A program made the position numbers and the translations under genes. DNA of 64,000 nucleotides from IMG/VR virus record IMGVR_UViG_3300037420_001397, positions 559 through 64,558 of that record; one strand, given 5' to 3'. Shown piece after piece: positions 1-9,966 of the stretch; the first letter of the stretch is position 1, and every line of letters starts with the position of its first letter. Origin of the DNA: a virus (lineage: Duplodnaviria > Caudoviricetes). The notes under the pieces are model-generated. The model ran no database searches and was not told the origin of the DNA. It saw nothing but the letters and a program-made list of their open reading frames with translations.

Positions 1-1
1 G

Positions 2-64
2 GACAGCATCCGCGTGCTCGAAGGCGCAGCGCTCGAAGAGATGCGCAAGCAACACACCAAGTAG
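2..64 (+). CDS. 3' end of tail assembly chaperone (DUF1799-like)
   Basis: Frame reads DSIRVLEGAALEEMRKQHTK* immediately before the tape measure gene. Confidence 0.65.
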   Translation, partial: DSIRVLEGAALEEMRKQHTK

Positions 65-90
65 GGTCCCACGGGGCCCTTTCTCTTTTT
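64..90 (+). terminator. Possible intrinsic terminator
   Basis: GGGTCC-cacg-GGGCCC hairpin (one G-U pair) followed by ttctcttttt. Confidence 0.4.
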
Positions 91-101
91 CCGGGTAGCC
101 C

Positions 102-3100
102 ATGGCAACAGACGATCGCAAGGCCCAGATTGGCGTAGGGGTGGACACCACCGACGCCAAGCGCGGCTTCGAGGAGGTCAAGCAAGGCGCCCGGGACATG
201 GCGCGCGACGTCGCGCAGTCCGGGCAAACGGCCGCCAAGGGGCTGGACGCCATCGGCGCCGGCGGCGAGCGCGCGGCCGCCCAGGCTGATCGCGCCACCC
301 GCAGCCTGGCCAGCAGCATCCAGCGCGCCACCGCGGCCGCCCAGGCCGGCAGCCAGTCCACCGCCGAGTACTACCGTGCCTTGGCCAGCCAGCGCGGCGC
401 CAATACGGCTGCGCTGGAGCCGTACCTGCGGCAGCTTGAAGAGGTGACGCGCCGACAGCAGCAGATGGCCGCCAGCGCCGGTGTCTCCGCGGCCCAGACC
501 GCCGCCGCCATGCGCTCAATCCCGGCGCAGATGACGGACATCGTCACGCAGCTCGCCGGCGGCGCGAATCCGCTGCTGGTGCTGACGCAGCAGGGCGGGC
601 AACTCAAGGACATGTTCGGCGGCCTCGGGCCCGCGGTGCGCGGGTTCGGCGGCTACCTGGCCAGCCTCATCAACCCGGCCACGGCCGCAGGCGCCGCGGT
701 GCTGGCGCTGGCCGTTGCCTACGAGAAGGGCGCCAGCCAGTCCGCCGAGTTCGCGCGCATGATCACGCTGACCGGCAACGCCGCCGGGCTGACGGAGGGT
801 CGTTTCAACACCCTGGCCGCAAAGATCAGCGACACGACCAAGACGACGATCGGCAGTACGCGCGAGACGCTGCAGTCGCTTGCGGCCACCGGGCAGCTCA
901 GCGGCCAGGCGCTTGAGAAGGCCACGGCTGCGGCGCAGCTGATGAGCAAGGTCACCGGGCAGGCGGCTGACGCGATCGTCAAGCAGTTCACTGGCGCCAC
1001 GGAAGCGCCGGCCAAGTTCGCGGCCGAGCTCAACAAGGCCTACAACTTCCTCACCGCCGCCGAGCTGCAGCACATCCGCGCGCTGGAGGATCAGGGGCGC
1101 ACGCAGGAAGCGCTTACCCGGACGTTCGATGCCCTGAACACGCGGCTCAAGGACGCCGCGCAGAACTTCGGCACGCTGGAGCGCTGGTGGGACACCCTGA
1201 AGCGCAAGGGCAGCGAGGGTATCGACTTCGTGCTGCGCATCGGCCGCGTGCAGACGACGGACGACATGCTGGCAGGAGTGAGGTCGCAGATCGCCGCATT
1301 GCAGCAGGGCGGTCCCCGGCCTGGAGTTCCATTCGCGGGTCGTCGCCAGTCCACGGTGGATGCGCAGATCGGCGAACTGCGCACTCGGGAGGCTGGCCTT
1401 GCCATCGCCGCGGACGAAGAGGCTCAGCGCGCAGACGCCGCCGCCAAGCGCGCCCAAGGCGAGAAGGACGTCGCTGCCGCTTTCGAGCTGCAGAACAAGC
1501 ATCTGGACAAGCAGGGGCAGCTCAACAAGGCGATCCGCGACTACGCGACGCAGATCAAGACCGCGCTCGAAAGCACCACGATCACCGCGGAGCAGCGCAC
1601 GGCGCTGCTGGCGAACTACGACAAGAACATCAAGGCGATCCGCGAGCAGTTCGCAGACAAGGGCGGCGCCTCTGCCGCGCGCTCCGCAGCCAAGGATCAG
1701 CGCGACGCCGAGCTCGAGAGCATCAAAGGCCTGGAGCGTCAGCGCGTCGAGGCCGCAAAGCAGGCGCAAGACGAGATCCGGGTGCTGCGCGCCACCGGCG
1801 TGCTTGATGAGCGCCAGGCCATCGCGGAAAGCACGCGCCTGGACGTGGCAGGCCTGACGGCGAAGAAGGCAAGCCTCGAAGACCAGCTCGCGCTGATGAG
1901 CAAGCGCAAGTTCTCCGAGAAGGAGATTGCGCAGGTCATGCGCGAGGTTGCCGAGGTCGACGCGCAGATCAAGACCCGGATGCTCAAGGGCGAGAACGAT
2001 CTGACCATCGCCATCCAGGCGCGCGAGGATGCCTGGGCCAAGACCACGCAAGCCGAGAACGCCTCGTTCATCGAGAAGCAGCAGGACCGAGCGGCGCAGA
2101 TCCAGGCTGAGGTGAAAGCCCAGCTCGAAGCCAATGCCGCGATCGGCAAGAGCGCTGTGGAGATTGCCAGCCTGGAGGCGGCCAAGCTGGAGGAGGCTGC
2201 CGCTTCCAAGGATTGGGTTGCCGCTCAAAGGGACGTGGTTGATTGGTCAGGTCAGAGCGGAGACGCATTCCGCGCTCAAGCCCAGGCCCTGCGCGACCTC
2301 GCCGCAGCCAAGACCCAGGGCGCCATCCTGCAGGCCAACGCCGACACGGCCAAGAAAGCTCAGGAAGAGTGGGAGCGCACGAGTGACCAGATCGGCCAAG
2401 CGCTGGCCAACAGCCTCATGGAAGGCGGCAAGAGCGCGGGCGAGTACCTGAAGGGCCTGTTCCGCAGCATGGTGCTGCAGCCGGTCATCAAGGCGGTGCT
2501 GCAGCCGATTGCCGGCGCCGCCGCCAGCATCCTGGGCTTCAGCGGGGCGGCCAATGCCGGCGGCGGCTCTTCTGCGCTTGGCGCTGCCGGCAACGTGGCC
2601 AGCCTCGCCAACCTGAGTCGCAACATCGGCGCGCTGCCGTGGCTCAGCAACTTCTCGGGTGCCGTTGACGGTCTCGGCTTCCAGGCCATCGCCAACGGCT
2701 GGACCAGCGCGGGCGAGTTCCTGGTCAACAACGCCAGCACGATCACCAGCATCGGGAACGGCCTGGGCTACCTCAACTCGGTGCTCCAAATCACGAAGGG
2801 CAACTGGGGTGCCGGCATAGGTTCGGCGGTCGGTACGTGGTTTGGCGGCCCGATCGGCGGATTGATCGGCAACACCGTCGGCGGCTTGCTCGACAGCGTG
2901 TTCGGTGGCGGCGGCACCCCGCACCGCGGCGGCGCCTTCACGGTATCGAGCAACAACCTCTTCGCCGGCCGACTCGCCAACGCCGCCAACACACCCGGCT
3001 TCGGCCTGGAAAGCGGCGCCTTCCGCAGCGACCGCAGCGCCGACGTCGACAAGTCTGTGCAATCGCTGGTCACGGGCGTGGCCTCAACCATCGGCTCGGC

Positions 3101-4340
3101 CCTCACGGCGTTCGGCCTCGGTCCCGCAACCGTGACCGGCAAGTTCGCCAGCGACAACGACGACAGGTCGTGGGGCGGGTTGCGCATCGTCGGCAGGAAC
3201 GGCCGCGTGCTGGCCAACTTGGATACGCGCAGCCTGAACAGCAACCCGCAGAAGGGGTTCGAGGAGCTGACGCAGCAGGCCGGCAAGGTCGTGCGTGACG
3301 CGCTGATCGCCGCCGACTTGCCTGGCTGGGCCAAGGACATCCTGCGGTCCGTCAGCGACTCCGCGAGCGTGGACGTCATCGGCCAGGTGGTCACCGAGAT
3401 CAAGGCGATCACGGACGCATCCAAGACCTTGGGCCCGGCGCTGAACCTGAGCACCAGCCAGTTCATCGAGTTGGCCAAGGCGCTGGGCGGCGCATCGAAC
3501 ACCGCCTCCCTGGCGCAGAGCTACATCGAGGCGATCTACACCGACGCCGAGAAGCTGAAGGTGGCTCAGAAGACGCTGGCCACGACGTTCGCGCAGCTCG
3601 GTGTCGCGGTGCCGGCCAATGCCGCCGCCTACCGCCGCCTGGTGGAGTCTCAGAACCTCAGCACCGACGCCGGACGCCGGATGTACGCGCAACTCCTGCA
3701 GCTCGCGCCCGTGTTCGGCGAGATCACGAAGGCCGTGCAGCAGGCCAGCGAGGGCGTGCAGGCCGAGATCGAGCGGCTGCGCGGCGCCTCAGGCGTCAAG
3801 GACGTGGCCACGCTACAGGCCCAATTCGCGGTCAAGACGGCTCAGGCGCGCGCGGGCGACAGCGCGGCGCTGCAGGCACTGCCGGAGCTAAGCAAGGCCT
3901 TGGAGCAGGCGCGCACCGCGACCGCCACCAGTGCGGCCGATGTCGCGTTCGTGCGGGCTTCGCTTGCTGCCTCGCTGTCCGAGACGCTGCGCGCACTCAA
4001 GGTGCCCGGGTTCGCGGCTGGCGGCTGGCATGACGGTGGCTGGCGTGTCGTTGGCGAGCGCGGCCCGGAGCTGGAGTACACGCCGCCGGCGCGCATCTAC
4101 AGCAATCCGCAGTCGCAGCAGCTGCTCAACACGGCGCGGCTGGAGCAACAGCTCGCCGCGGTCACCGAGAAGCTCATCGACTGCGAAGAGAAGTTGATGG
4201 CCATCGCGCTGCACTCAGCTGACACGTCGAAGCAGTTGCGCCGGGCGATGCCTGATGGCGACGCCTTGGCGGTGCGCAATGCGCCTGATACCACTTTGGC
4301 CGTGAGCGTGGCCGGCACGGTCACCACGACGAGCGCCTGA
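102..4340 (+). CDS. Tail tape measure protein (lambda type)
   Basis: 1412 aa, Ala-rich helical; IVTQLAGGANPLLVLTQQGGQLKDMFGG and C-terminal FAAGG...VGERGPE motifs. Confidence 0.95.
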   Translation: MATDDRKAQIGVGVDTTDAKRGFEEVKQGARDMARDVAQSGQTAAKGLDAIGAGGERAAAQADRATRSLASSIQRATAAAQAGSQSTAEYYRALASQRGANTAALEPYLRQLEEVTRRQQQMAASAGVSAAQTAAAMRSIPAQMTDIVTQLAGGANPLLVLTQQGGQLKDMFGGLGPAVRGFGGYLASLINPATAAGAAVLALAVAYEKGASQSAEFARMITLTGNAAGLTEGRFNTLAAKISDTTKTTIGSTRETLQSLAATGQLSGQALEKATAAAQLMSKVTGQAADAIVKQFTGATEAPAKFAAELNKAYNFLTAAELQHIRALEDQGRTQEALTRTFDALNTRLKDAAQNFGTLERWWDTLKRKGSEGIDFVLRIGRVQTTDDMLAGVRSQIAALQQGGPRPGVPFAGRRQSTVDAQIGELRTREAGLAIAADEEAQRADAAAKRAQGEKDVAAAFELQNKHLDKQGQLNKAIRDYATQIKTALESTTITAEQRTALLANYDKNIKAIREQFADKGGASAARSAAKDQRDAELESIKGLERQRVEAAKQAQDEIRVLRATGVLDERQAIAESTRLDVAGLTAKKASLEDQLALMSKRKFSEKEIAQVMREVAEVDAQIKTRMLKGENDLTIAIQAREDAWAKTTQAENASFIEKQQDRAAQIQAEVKAQLEANAAIGKSAVEIASLEAAKLEEAAASKDWVAAQRDVVDWSGQSGDAFRAQAQALRDLAAAKTQGAILQANADTAKKAQEEWERTSDQIGQALANSLMEGGKSAGEYLKGLFRSMVLQPVIKAVLQPIAGAAASILGFSGAANAGGGSSALGAAGNVASLANLSRNIGALPWLSNFSGAVDGLGFQAIANGWTSAGEFLVNNASTITSIGNGLGYLNSVLQITKGNWGAGIGSAVGTWFGGPIGGLIGNTVGGLLDSVFGGGGTPHRGGAFTVSSNNLFAGRLANAANTPGFGLESGAFRSDRSADVDKSVQSLVTGVASTIGSALTAFGLGPATVTGKFASDNDDRSWGGLRIVGRNGRVLANLDTRSLNSNPQKGFEELTQQAGKVVRDALIAADLPGWAKDILRSVSDSASVDVIGQVVTEIKAITDASKTLGPALNLSTSQFIELAKALGGASNTASLAQSYIEAIYTDAEKLKVAQKTLATTFAQLGVAVPANAAAYRRLVESQNLSTDAGRRMYAQLLQLAPVFGEITKAVQQASEGVQAEIERLRGASGVKDVATLQAQFAVKTAQARAGDSAALQALPELSKALEQARTATATSAADVAFVRASLAASLSETLRALKVPGFAAGGWHDGGWRVVGERGPELEYTPPARIYSNPQSQQLLNTARLEQQLAAVTEKLIDCEEKLMAIALHSADTSKQLRRAMPDGDALAVRNAPDTTLAVSVAGTVTTTSA

Positions 4341-4342
4341 GC

Positions 4343-5251
4343 ATGCAGTACATCGTCCCGACCAGCATCAGTGACGCGATGCTGGTGAGCAGCAGCGTGC
4401 CCGAAGCGGACTACGGCGCATGGTTCGCTGGCGCGGTCTATGCCGTCGGACAGTACGTGATCCGCAGTGCCGTACACAGCGTGTACAAGCGCACGGTGGC
4501 CGGCAGCACCTCGACGCCGCCGGAGCAGGACCCGATCAACTGGGTGCGCACGGGGCCCACGAACCGCTGGGCGATGTTTGATCGCGTAGTGGGCACCAGG
4601 ACGTCGGCCACTGCTCCGGCGATAGACCAGGATGCGGTCATCACCGTAAAGCTCAAGCCGGGCCTCGTTCGTGGCCTGGCGCTGCTGGACCTTGACGTAG
4701 ACGGCTTGACCATTGAGATGGTCTCGCGCGGCAAGACGGTCTACAGGCGCAACCTCGACCCGCTGGGCAGCCTGGAAGACGTCGACAACTACTGGGACTA
4801 CTTCTTCGACGCGATCAAGCGCCGCAACCTGCTGGTGCTCACGGACCTGCCGCCTTACGCGGACGCCGAGATCACGATCACGTTCCGTGGCCGCGGCGCC
4901 ATCTCGATCGGCTCCTGCATCCTGGGGCGCACCTACAACCTCGGCAACGTGCTCGTGAACGCATCGACCGGCATCACGGACTACAGCGTCAAACAACGTG
5001 ACGAGTTCGGTGCTGTCACTGCCGTCGAGCGCTCGTTCAACAAGCGCATGAGTTTGCCAATCCTTCTCGACACGGCGCAGGTCGACACGTTCGTCTCTCG
5101 CCTGTCAGCGGTGCGGGCCACGCCCGTGGTCTGGATCGCATCAACCACCAAGAGCAGCCTGGTCATCTACGGGTTCTACAAGGACTGGTCCATCACCATC
5201 CCTGGCCGCGTCAAGAGCACCCTCAGCATGGAAATCGAGGGCCTGGTGTAG
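4343..5251 (+). CDS. Tail tip/distal tail protein
   Basis: 302 aa directly after the tape measure gene; GPTNRWAMFD motif seen in phage tail proteins. Confidence 0.7.
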   Translation: MQYIVPTSISDAMLVSSSVPEADYGAWFAGAVYAVGQYVIRSAVHSVYKRTVAGSTSTPPEQDPINWVRTGPTNRWAMFDRVVGTRTSATAPAIDQDAVITVKLKPGLVRGLALLDLDVDGLTIEMVSRGKTVYRRNLDPLGSLEDVDNYWDYFFDAIKRRNLLVLTDLPPYADAEITITFRGRGAISIGSCILGRTYNLGNVLVNASTGITDYSVKQRDEFGAVTAVERSFNKRMSLPILLDTAQVDTFVSRLSAVRATPVVWIASTTKSSLVIYGFYKDWSITIPGRVKSTLSMEIEGLV

Positions 5252-5282
5252 CCAGACCGCATACCCGTTACCTCATCAACAA

Positions 5283-5306
5283 GAGCCGCCTTCGGGCGGC
5301 TTTTTT
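5283..5306 (+). terminator. Intrinsic terminator
   Basis: agccgcc-ttcg-ggcggct followed by a T run. Confidence 0.85.
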
Positions 5307-5316
5307 CATTTCCGCC

Positions 5317-7206
5317 ATGGAAACAGGTTTTGCAGAAGTCGGCGTCGCAGGCGTTGGCACGTCGTGGCAGCCGCCGCCGTTGGTGGCGCCACCAGCGCCG
5401 GCTCCATCTCCTCCTGCCCCGCCTCCCATCGTTGGAAAAGGAGCGTTTTACGTGTCGTTCACTCCATTGCCTGACGCGCCGTCGCGCGCTGATCCTGTCA
5501 ACTTCAACGACCGCGCCGACGCACTTTTCGAAGCCCTGCCGATCTTCGTGCAGGAGGCCAACACGCTGATCCCCGGCGAGACTGCTGCTGGGCTTGCGCA
5601 GTTCCTCGCAACCACTGGCACCGGTCGTGGGGCCGAAATCGTCTCCTGCCTCGCAACCGGCACCGGCGCCGTGGCGCGCACGCTTGACAGCAAGCTGCGC
5701 GACAACCCGCACGCCAGGGACTACGGTGCGTTGGGCGACGGCGTGCAGGACGATTCCGCGGCCATTCAGGCGCTGGTCAACGCCAATGCAGCAGTCGACC
5801 TGCGCAATGGCAACTGGCTCATCAGCACGACCATCGACATTCCGTCCGGTCGCACGTTGGACCTGCGCGGCGCCAACATTGTCGCGGCCACGGGCACGAA
5901 CCCGCTGTTCCGCTTCAATGCGGCCAAGGACGGTTTGAAGATCCTGGGCGGCGGTGGCGTCGTCACCGGCACGGCTTCCGCATTCCTGTACGCGGAAGGG
6001 ACCACCAACACGCCATCATCGGCATCGCACTACGCGCGCCAGATCCGCATCGAGGGCGTGCATGTCTCCAGCGCCACGATCACGTGGTTCATGGACATGC
6101 AAAAGGCCGTGCGCCAGGTGTTCATTGACAACGTGATGGCGTTCACCGTCAACGGCATCAACTCGGCCGGCAAGTGCGTTGAGGTCGCCGTCCAGAAGTC
6201 AATCATCTACGGCAGCACCGGTAGTACGACCACGTCTGGCATCAAGCTGCGGTCGCCGGGCGGTACCAGCTACTACAACGAAGGGTGGTCCTTCACCGAT
6301 TGCACGCTGGACAACTTCAACAAGACGTTCGACGTCACGGACATTTTTGTACTGACGAATACCAGCGGCTATACCGGCTGCCAGGCCGGTGGGTATGTCG
6401 CCTACTTTGGCGACCCCGTCACGACCACGTGCCGCGACATCAAGTTCATCGGCACGCCCATGAACGGAAGGGTAAAGTTCGAGCCGTCCGGCGGCTACGA
6501 CTATTCGGCGACGTTCTCCGGCTGTACATCGATGAGTTGCGTCGGCATCAATATCGAGCTTGCCAACAACGCGTCCGGCGTTGCCATCCGCAGCCACAAG
6601 TTCAAGAGTTCCAGCGGCGGCGTGGCCGTCGTCATGCAGTCCAACAACAGCAACTGCGTGGTGGATGGCATCGACTGCGATGTGAGCTTCATCGGTGGCG
6701 TGCAAGTCAAGGGAACAACTGGCACTAACGTCAGTGTCAGCGGCGTCCTGTACTCCGGCACCGGTGAGCCTGTGTTCATTCAGCGCCCCACGCGCATCAG
6801 CAACATGCCCGTGGTCAATGCCAACGTGGCATCCATCAACCGGCAGTTCAACCCTGCGTCGATTGCCGGTGCGTATGCAGTTGGCGCCAACGTCGCATCC
6901 ATCAGCATGTATTTCGCCAAGGGCGAGCGCGGCTGGATCGTCATCGAGCTGTTGTGCAATGGCATGGCATCTGGATTCGGGCAGCGGTTCGACATCACAA
7001 CGCCAACCGGCGTCGTGATCCCGAGCGATACCGGTTGGGCCAGCAACTTCCTGTTCCCGGGCTTCACCGATGGGCGCGTCAGTGCGCGCATTCCGTACTA
7101 CTGCACGGCAGACGTTGCCAGTGGCGCGGTAGTGGTCAAGAACGGCGCCGGCAACACGGTTACGGTGGCTGTTCACAGCCACGTTGGCATCGTCAAGGAC
7201 TGGTAG
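5317..7206 (+). CDS. Tailspike / receptor-binding protein with pectate-lyase-like beta-helix
   Basis: N-terminal PSRADPVNFNDRAD anchor; DYGALGDGVQDDSAAIQA beta-helix start; beta-rich C-terminus. Confidence 0.85.
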   Translation: METGFAEVGVAGVGTSWQPPPLVAPPAPAPSPPAPPPIVGKGAFYVSFTPLPDAPSRADPVNFNDRADALFEALPIFVQEANTLIPGETAAGLAQFLATTGTGRGAEIVSCLATGTGAVARTLDSKLRDNPHARDYGALGDGVQDDSAAIQALVNANAAVDLRNGNWLISTTIDIPSGRTLDLRGANIVAATGTNPLFRFNAAKDGLKILGGGGVVTGTASAFLYAEGTTNTPSSASHYARQIRIEGVHVSSATITWFMDMQKAVRQVFIDNVMAFTVNGINSAGKCVEVAVQKSIIYGSTGSTTTSGIKLRSPGGTSYYNEGWSFTDCTLDNFNKTFDVTDIFVLTNTSGYTGCQAGGYVAYFGDPVTTTCRDIKFIGTPMNGRVKFEPSGGYDYSATFSGCTSMSCVGINIELANNASGVAIRSHKFKSSSGGVAVVMQSNNSNCVVDGIDCDVSFIGGVQVKGTTGTNVSVSGVLYSGTGEPVFIQRPTRISNMPVVNANVASINRQFNPASIAGAYAVGANVASISMYFAKGERGWIVIELLCNGMASGFGQRFDITTPTGVVIPSDTGWASNFLFPGFTDGRVSARIPYYCTADVASGAVVVKNGAGNTVTVAVHSHVGIVKDW

Positions 7207-7240
7207 CGGGCGTATGTCCTGCACACAACGAAAGGCGGCC

Positions 7241-7453
7241 GTGAGCCAGAAACAGGAATTGATCAAGCACGCTGCCGAGGCCACGCCCGCAGCTGTTGCT
7301 GTCACGGCAGGCCCAGTGTTCGGCGTCACGTTCTCGGACGTAGCGGCGGCGCTGGGCTGCATTTTTCTGCTGCTGCAGATGGCCTATCTGCTCTGGCGCT
7401 GGCGCCGCGACATCCGGCGCGAGCGCAGGAATCAAGCGCCCATAGGGGACTGA
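7241..7453 (+). CDS. Holin candidate
   Basis: 70 aa from GTG; hydrophobic segments and a basic C-terminus; upstream of the endolysin. Confidence 0.6.
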   Translation: MSQKQELIKHAAEATPAAVAVTAGPVFGVTFSDVAAALGCIFLLLQMAYLLWRWRRDIRRERRNQAPIGD

Positions 7454-7455
7454 CC

Positions 7456-7731
7456 ATGATCGCCGACCTGCCTGTTCGCCTGCTCTGGGATGGGCGGGTG
7501 TGCATCGTTCGCCAGGACGACATCGAGGTGCGGTTGCCGTGGCGGCCGCCGGCGCTGTCGGCACTGGTGGTTGAGGCCGACTATGCGCCGGGCGTGCGCG
7601 TGCAGGACGTGCGCGAGCTCGGGTGCTGCAGGCGGGACATGACGGCGGTCGAGGTTGCAGCTGTGGCAGCGTGGATGGCGATGTTCATCGGTGCCGTGCG
7701 GGTGCAGGCGCAGCGGGTGGTGGGAGGCTGA
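7456..7731 (+). CDS. Hypothetical protein in lysis cassette
   Basis: ORF tightly packed between the holin candidate and the endolysin. Confidence 0.55.
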   Translation: MIADLPVRLLWDGRVCIVRQDDIEVRLPWRPPALSALVVEADYAPGVRVQDVRELGCCRRDMTAVEVAAVAAWMAMFIGAVRVQAQRVVGG

Positions 7732-7732
7732 G

Positions 7733-8866
7733 GTGCTGCCGGCTGCTGACATCCAGCGCCTGCGCGCTGCCCTGACCGACACGAACGTCCAGGCGTTTCT
7801 GGCAGTCATTCGGGTTGGGGAGGGCACTGCGGGCGAGGACGGGTATCGCACCCGCTTCGGCGGCGGCCTCTTCGACTCGTTCGCCGATCACCCGGGCGGC
7901 ACGGTCTCGGCGCGCTCCGGCGGCAAGATGCTGGTCAGCAGTGCCGCGGGCGCGTACCAGCACTTGCTCAAGACTTGGCGCGAATGCCAGGCGGCCCTGG
8001 GCCTGTCCGACTTCTCGCCGGCAAGCCAGGACCTGGCCGCCGTGTACCTGATCGACCGCCGCAGGGCCTTGGCTGATGTCCTGGCTGGCCGCATCGAGGC
8101 AGCGATCGCCAAGTGCAACCGCGAGTGGGCCAGCCTGCCCGGCAGCCCCTACGGCCAGCCGGTGGTGACGCTGGCGCGCGCACTGGAGACCTACCGCGTC
8201 GCCGGCGGCGTCTCGCGTCCAGCCGGCACGCCGGCACCGGTCGAGGTGCGCGACATCCCCGCTGAACCCGTCATCCGCGAGCGCGCGCAGTCGCTTGCCT
8301 CCACCACGCAGGAGCCCGCCATGGCCCCATTCATCGCCGCGGCGCTGCCGTCCATCATCGGCGCCGTGCCGGAGCTCGCCAAGCTCTTCGGCTCCGGCTC
8401 CAAGGTCGCCGAACGCAACGCCAAGGCGGCCGAGGTCGTGGTTGGCATCGCCCAGGAAGCGCTGGGCGCACGCAACGCTCAGGAGGTCGCCGAGCAGCTG
8501 CAGAGCGATCCGGCCGCGGCACCGGTGGTGCGGGCCGCGGTGCAGGAGCGATGGTTCGAGCTGCAGGAGGCTGGTGGTGGCGGGATCGAGGGCGCGCGCA
8601 GGACCAATGCTGCCGCGTCGGAGAAGGGCGTGCGAGCCATGCTCGCCAATCCGGCGCTTTGGGTAACGGTGCTGCTGCTGCCGCTGGTCTACATCGTGGT
8701 CTGGAAGGTGCTCAGCGGAGGCGACTTCACATCTGAGGTGAAGGCCATGGTTGTGGCCGCGATCGTCTCCGGCGTGCTGGGCTCGATCACCGGGTATTTC
8801 CTGGGCACATCGCTGTCGAGCGCGAAGAAGGATGACGAGCTGGCCAAGCGCACTGGAGCTCAATGA
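7733..8866 (+). CDS. Lambda-R-like (GH104) endolysin fused to a C-terminal two-TM membrane domain
   Basis: IRVGEGT, SSAAGAYQ, DFSPASQD, EWASLPGSPYGQ motifs; C-terminal TM pair ending GYFLGTSLSS; GTG start at 7733. Confidence 0.85.
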   Translation: MLPAADIQRLRAALTDTNVQAFLAVIRVGEGTAGEDGYRTRFGGGLFDSFADHPGGTVSARSGGKMLVSSAAGAYQHLLKTWRECQAALGLSDFSPASQDLAAVYLIDRRRALADVLAGRIEAAIAKCNREWASLPGSPYGQPVVTLARALETYRVAGGVSRPAGTPAPVEVRDIPAEPVIRERAQSLASTTQEPAMAPFIAAALPSIIGAVPELAKLFGSGSKVAERNAKAAEVVVGIAQEALGARNAQEVAEQLQSDPAAAPVVRAAVQERWFELQEAGGGGIEGARRTNAAASEKGVRAMLANPALWVTVLLLPLVYIVVWKVLSGGDFTSEVKAMVVAAIVSGVLGSITGYFLGTSLSSAKKDDELAKRTGAQ

Positions 8867-9246
8867 TGGAGCCGCTCTCGAAAGTCTTGCGTGCTGGCGC
8901 CGATGGCGCTCTCTACTTCTGGTGCCTCGGCTGCGACATGCCGCACTGCGTCATGCGCGGCGCCGGCAGCGGCCCGCGCTGGACGTGGAACGGCGATGCC
9001 GACAAGCCCACGCTGTCGCCCAGCGTGCTGGTGCAGTGGGACCGCCTGAGTCCTGCAGCGCGCGAGCGCAACGCAGCCTTCTATCGAGAGCACGGTCGGT
9101 ACATGACACATGCCGAGCTGCCGTACGACGTGCACCACGTCTGCCACACCTTCGTGACGGATGGCCGCATCCAATACCTGGGCGACTGCACACACGGCCT
9201 GGCCAACCAGACTATCGACCTACCAGAATTCCCGGAGGGCTGGTGA
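8863..9246 (+). CDS. DUF6527-like Cys/His protein
   Basis: CLGCDMPH...WTWNG...PTLSPSV...CHTFVTDGRI pattern. Confidence 0.6.
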   Translation: MMEPLSKVLRAGADGALYFWCLGCDMPHCVMRGAGSGPRWTWNGDADKPTLSPSVLVQWDRLSPAARERNAAFYREHGRYMTHAELPYDVHHVCHTFVTDGRIQYLGDCTHGLANQTIDLPEFPEGW

Positions 9247-9632
9247 TGCGCGCGCTGGCGCTCCTGCTGCTGGCCGCGGCGCCTGCCTGGTGCCAGTGCC
9301 TGCAGCCGCTGGCGCCGCCGCCGGACCCGCTGGCCGAGACGCGCATCTGCGGCGCGCCGGCGCGCTATGCCAGCGGCGAGATCAAGCGCAGCAGTGCCGT
9401 GATCGCGGCATTCCGGCGCATCCATCCATGCCCCAGCACCGGCCTGACGACCGGCTCATGCCCAGGCTGGCAAGCTGACCATGTGCTCAGCCTCGCCGCA
9501 GGCGGGTGTGACGCGGTATCGAACCTCCAGTGGTTGCCCGTGCAGATCAAGACCTGCGCGGCCGACTGGTGCAAGGACCGGTGGGAGCGGAAGGTCTACG
9601 CGCCGGTGCCGCAGATCGTGGTGATCCCGTGA
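9246..9632 (+). CDS. HNH endonuclease with signal-peptide-like N-terminus
   Basis: MRALALLLLAAAPAWC leader; FRRIHPCP...DHVLSLAAGGCDAVSNLQWL. Confidence 0.75.
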   Translation: MRALALLLLAAAPAWCQCLQPLAPPPDPLAETRICGAPARYASGEIKRSSAVIAAFRRIHPCPSTGLTTGSCPGWQADHVLSLAAGGCDAVSNLQWLPVQIKTCAADWCKDRWERKVYAPVPQIVVIP

Positions 9633-9686
9633 TACGCGCCGACGTTCGCGTCGGCGGCGATGGTGCCAGGCGGTAGGGTCTTGCGC

Positions 9687-9902
9687 TCAACCATTGCCGC
9701 GCTCCTGGCCGTCGCTTTCAGCCTTGGACTTGCCGTTGCCTGCTCGGCGCTTGTGCTCCTGAAGCATCAGTTCGGCCGCGTCATAGGCCTCACGCGCGAG
9801 CGATTCGCGGATGGGGCTGCCCGGGTGATCGCGCTGGATCAGCGCCTGCATTGCCAGGCCAGCGAACTGAGCGAGAAGGGTGTTGTCGTCGGGAGAAGGC
9901 AT
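9687..9902 (-). CDS. Hypothetical protein
   Basis: FAGLAMQALI...AYDAAELML phage motif; GGAG RBS upstream. Confidence 0.6.
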   Translation of the reverse strand: MPSPDDNTLLAQFAGLAMQALIQRDHPGSPIRESLAREAYDAAELMLQEHKRRAGNGKSKAESDGQERGNG

Positions 9903-9966
9903 CTGTGTCTCCAGTGCGGCAGCTTGTGGGAGTGGCGCGTCTATGCGCCGACGCCGCAGCGCGCAG

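Noticed and set aside
7241-9632. Rz/Rz1 spanin genes
   Set aside because: No convincing lipobox or nested lipoprotein ORF found; PAWC at the 9246 ORF is a poor lipobox
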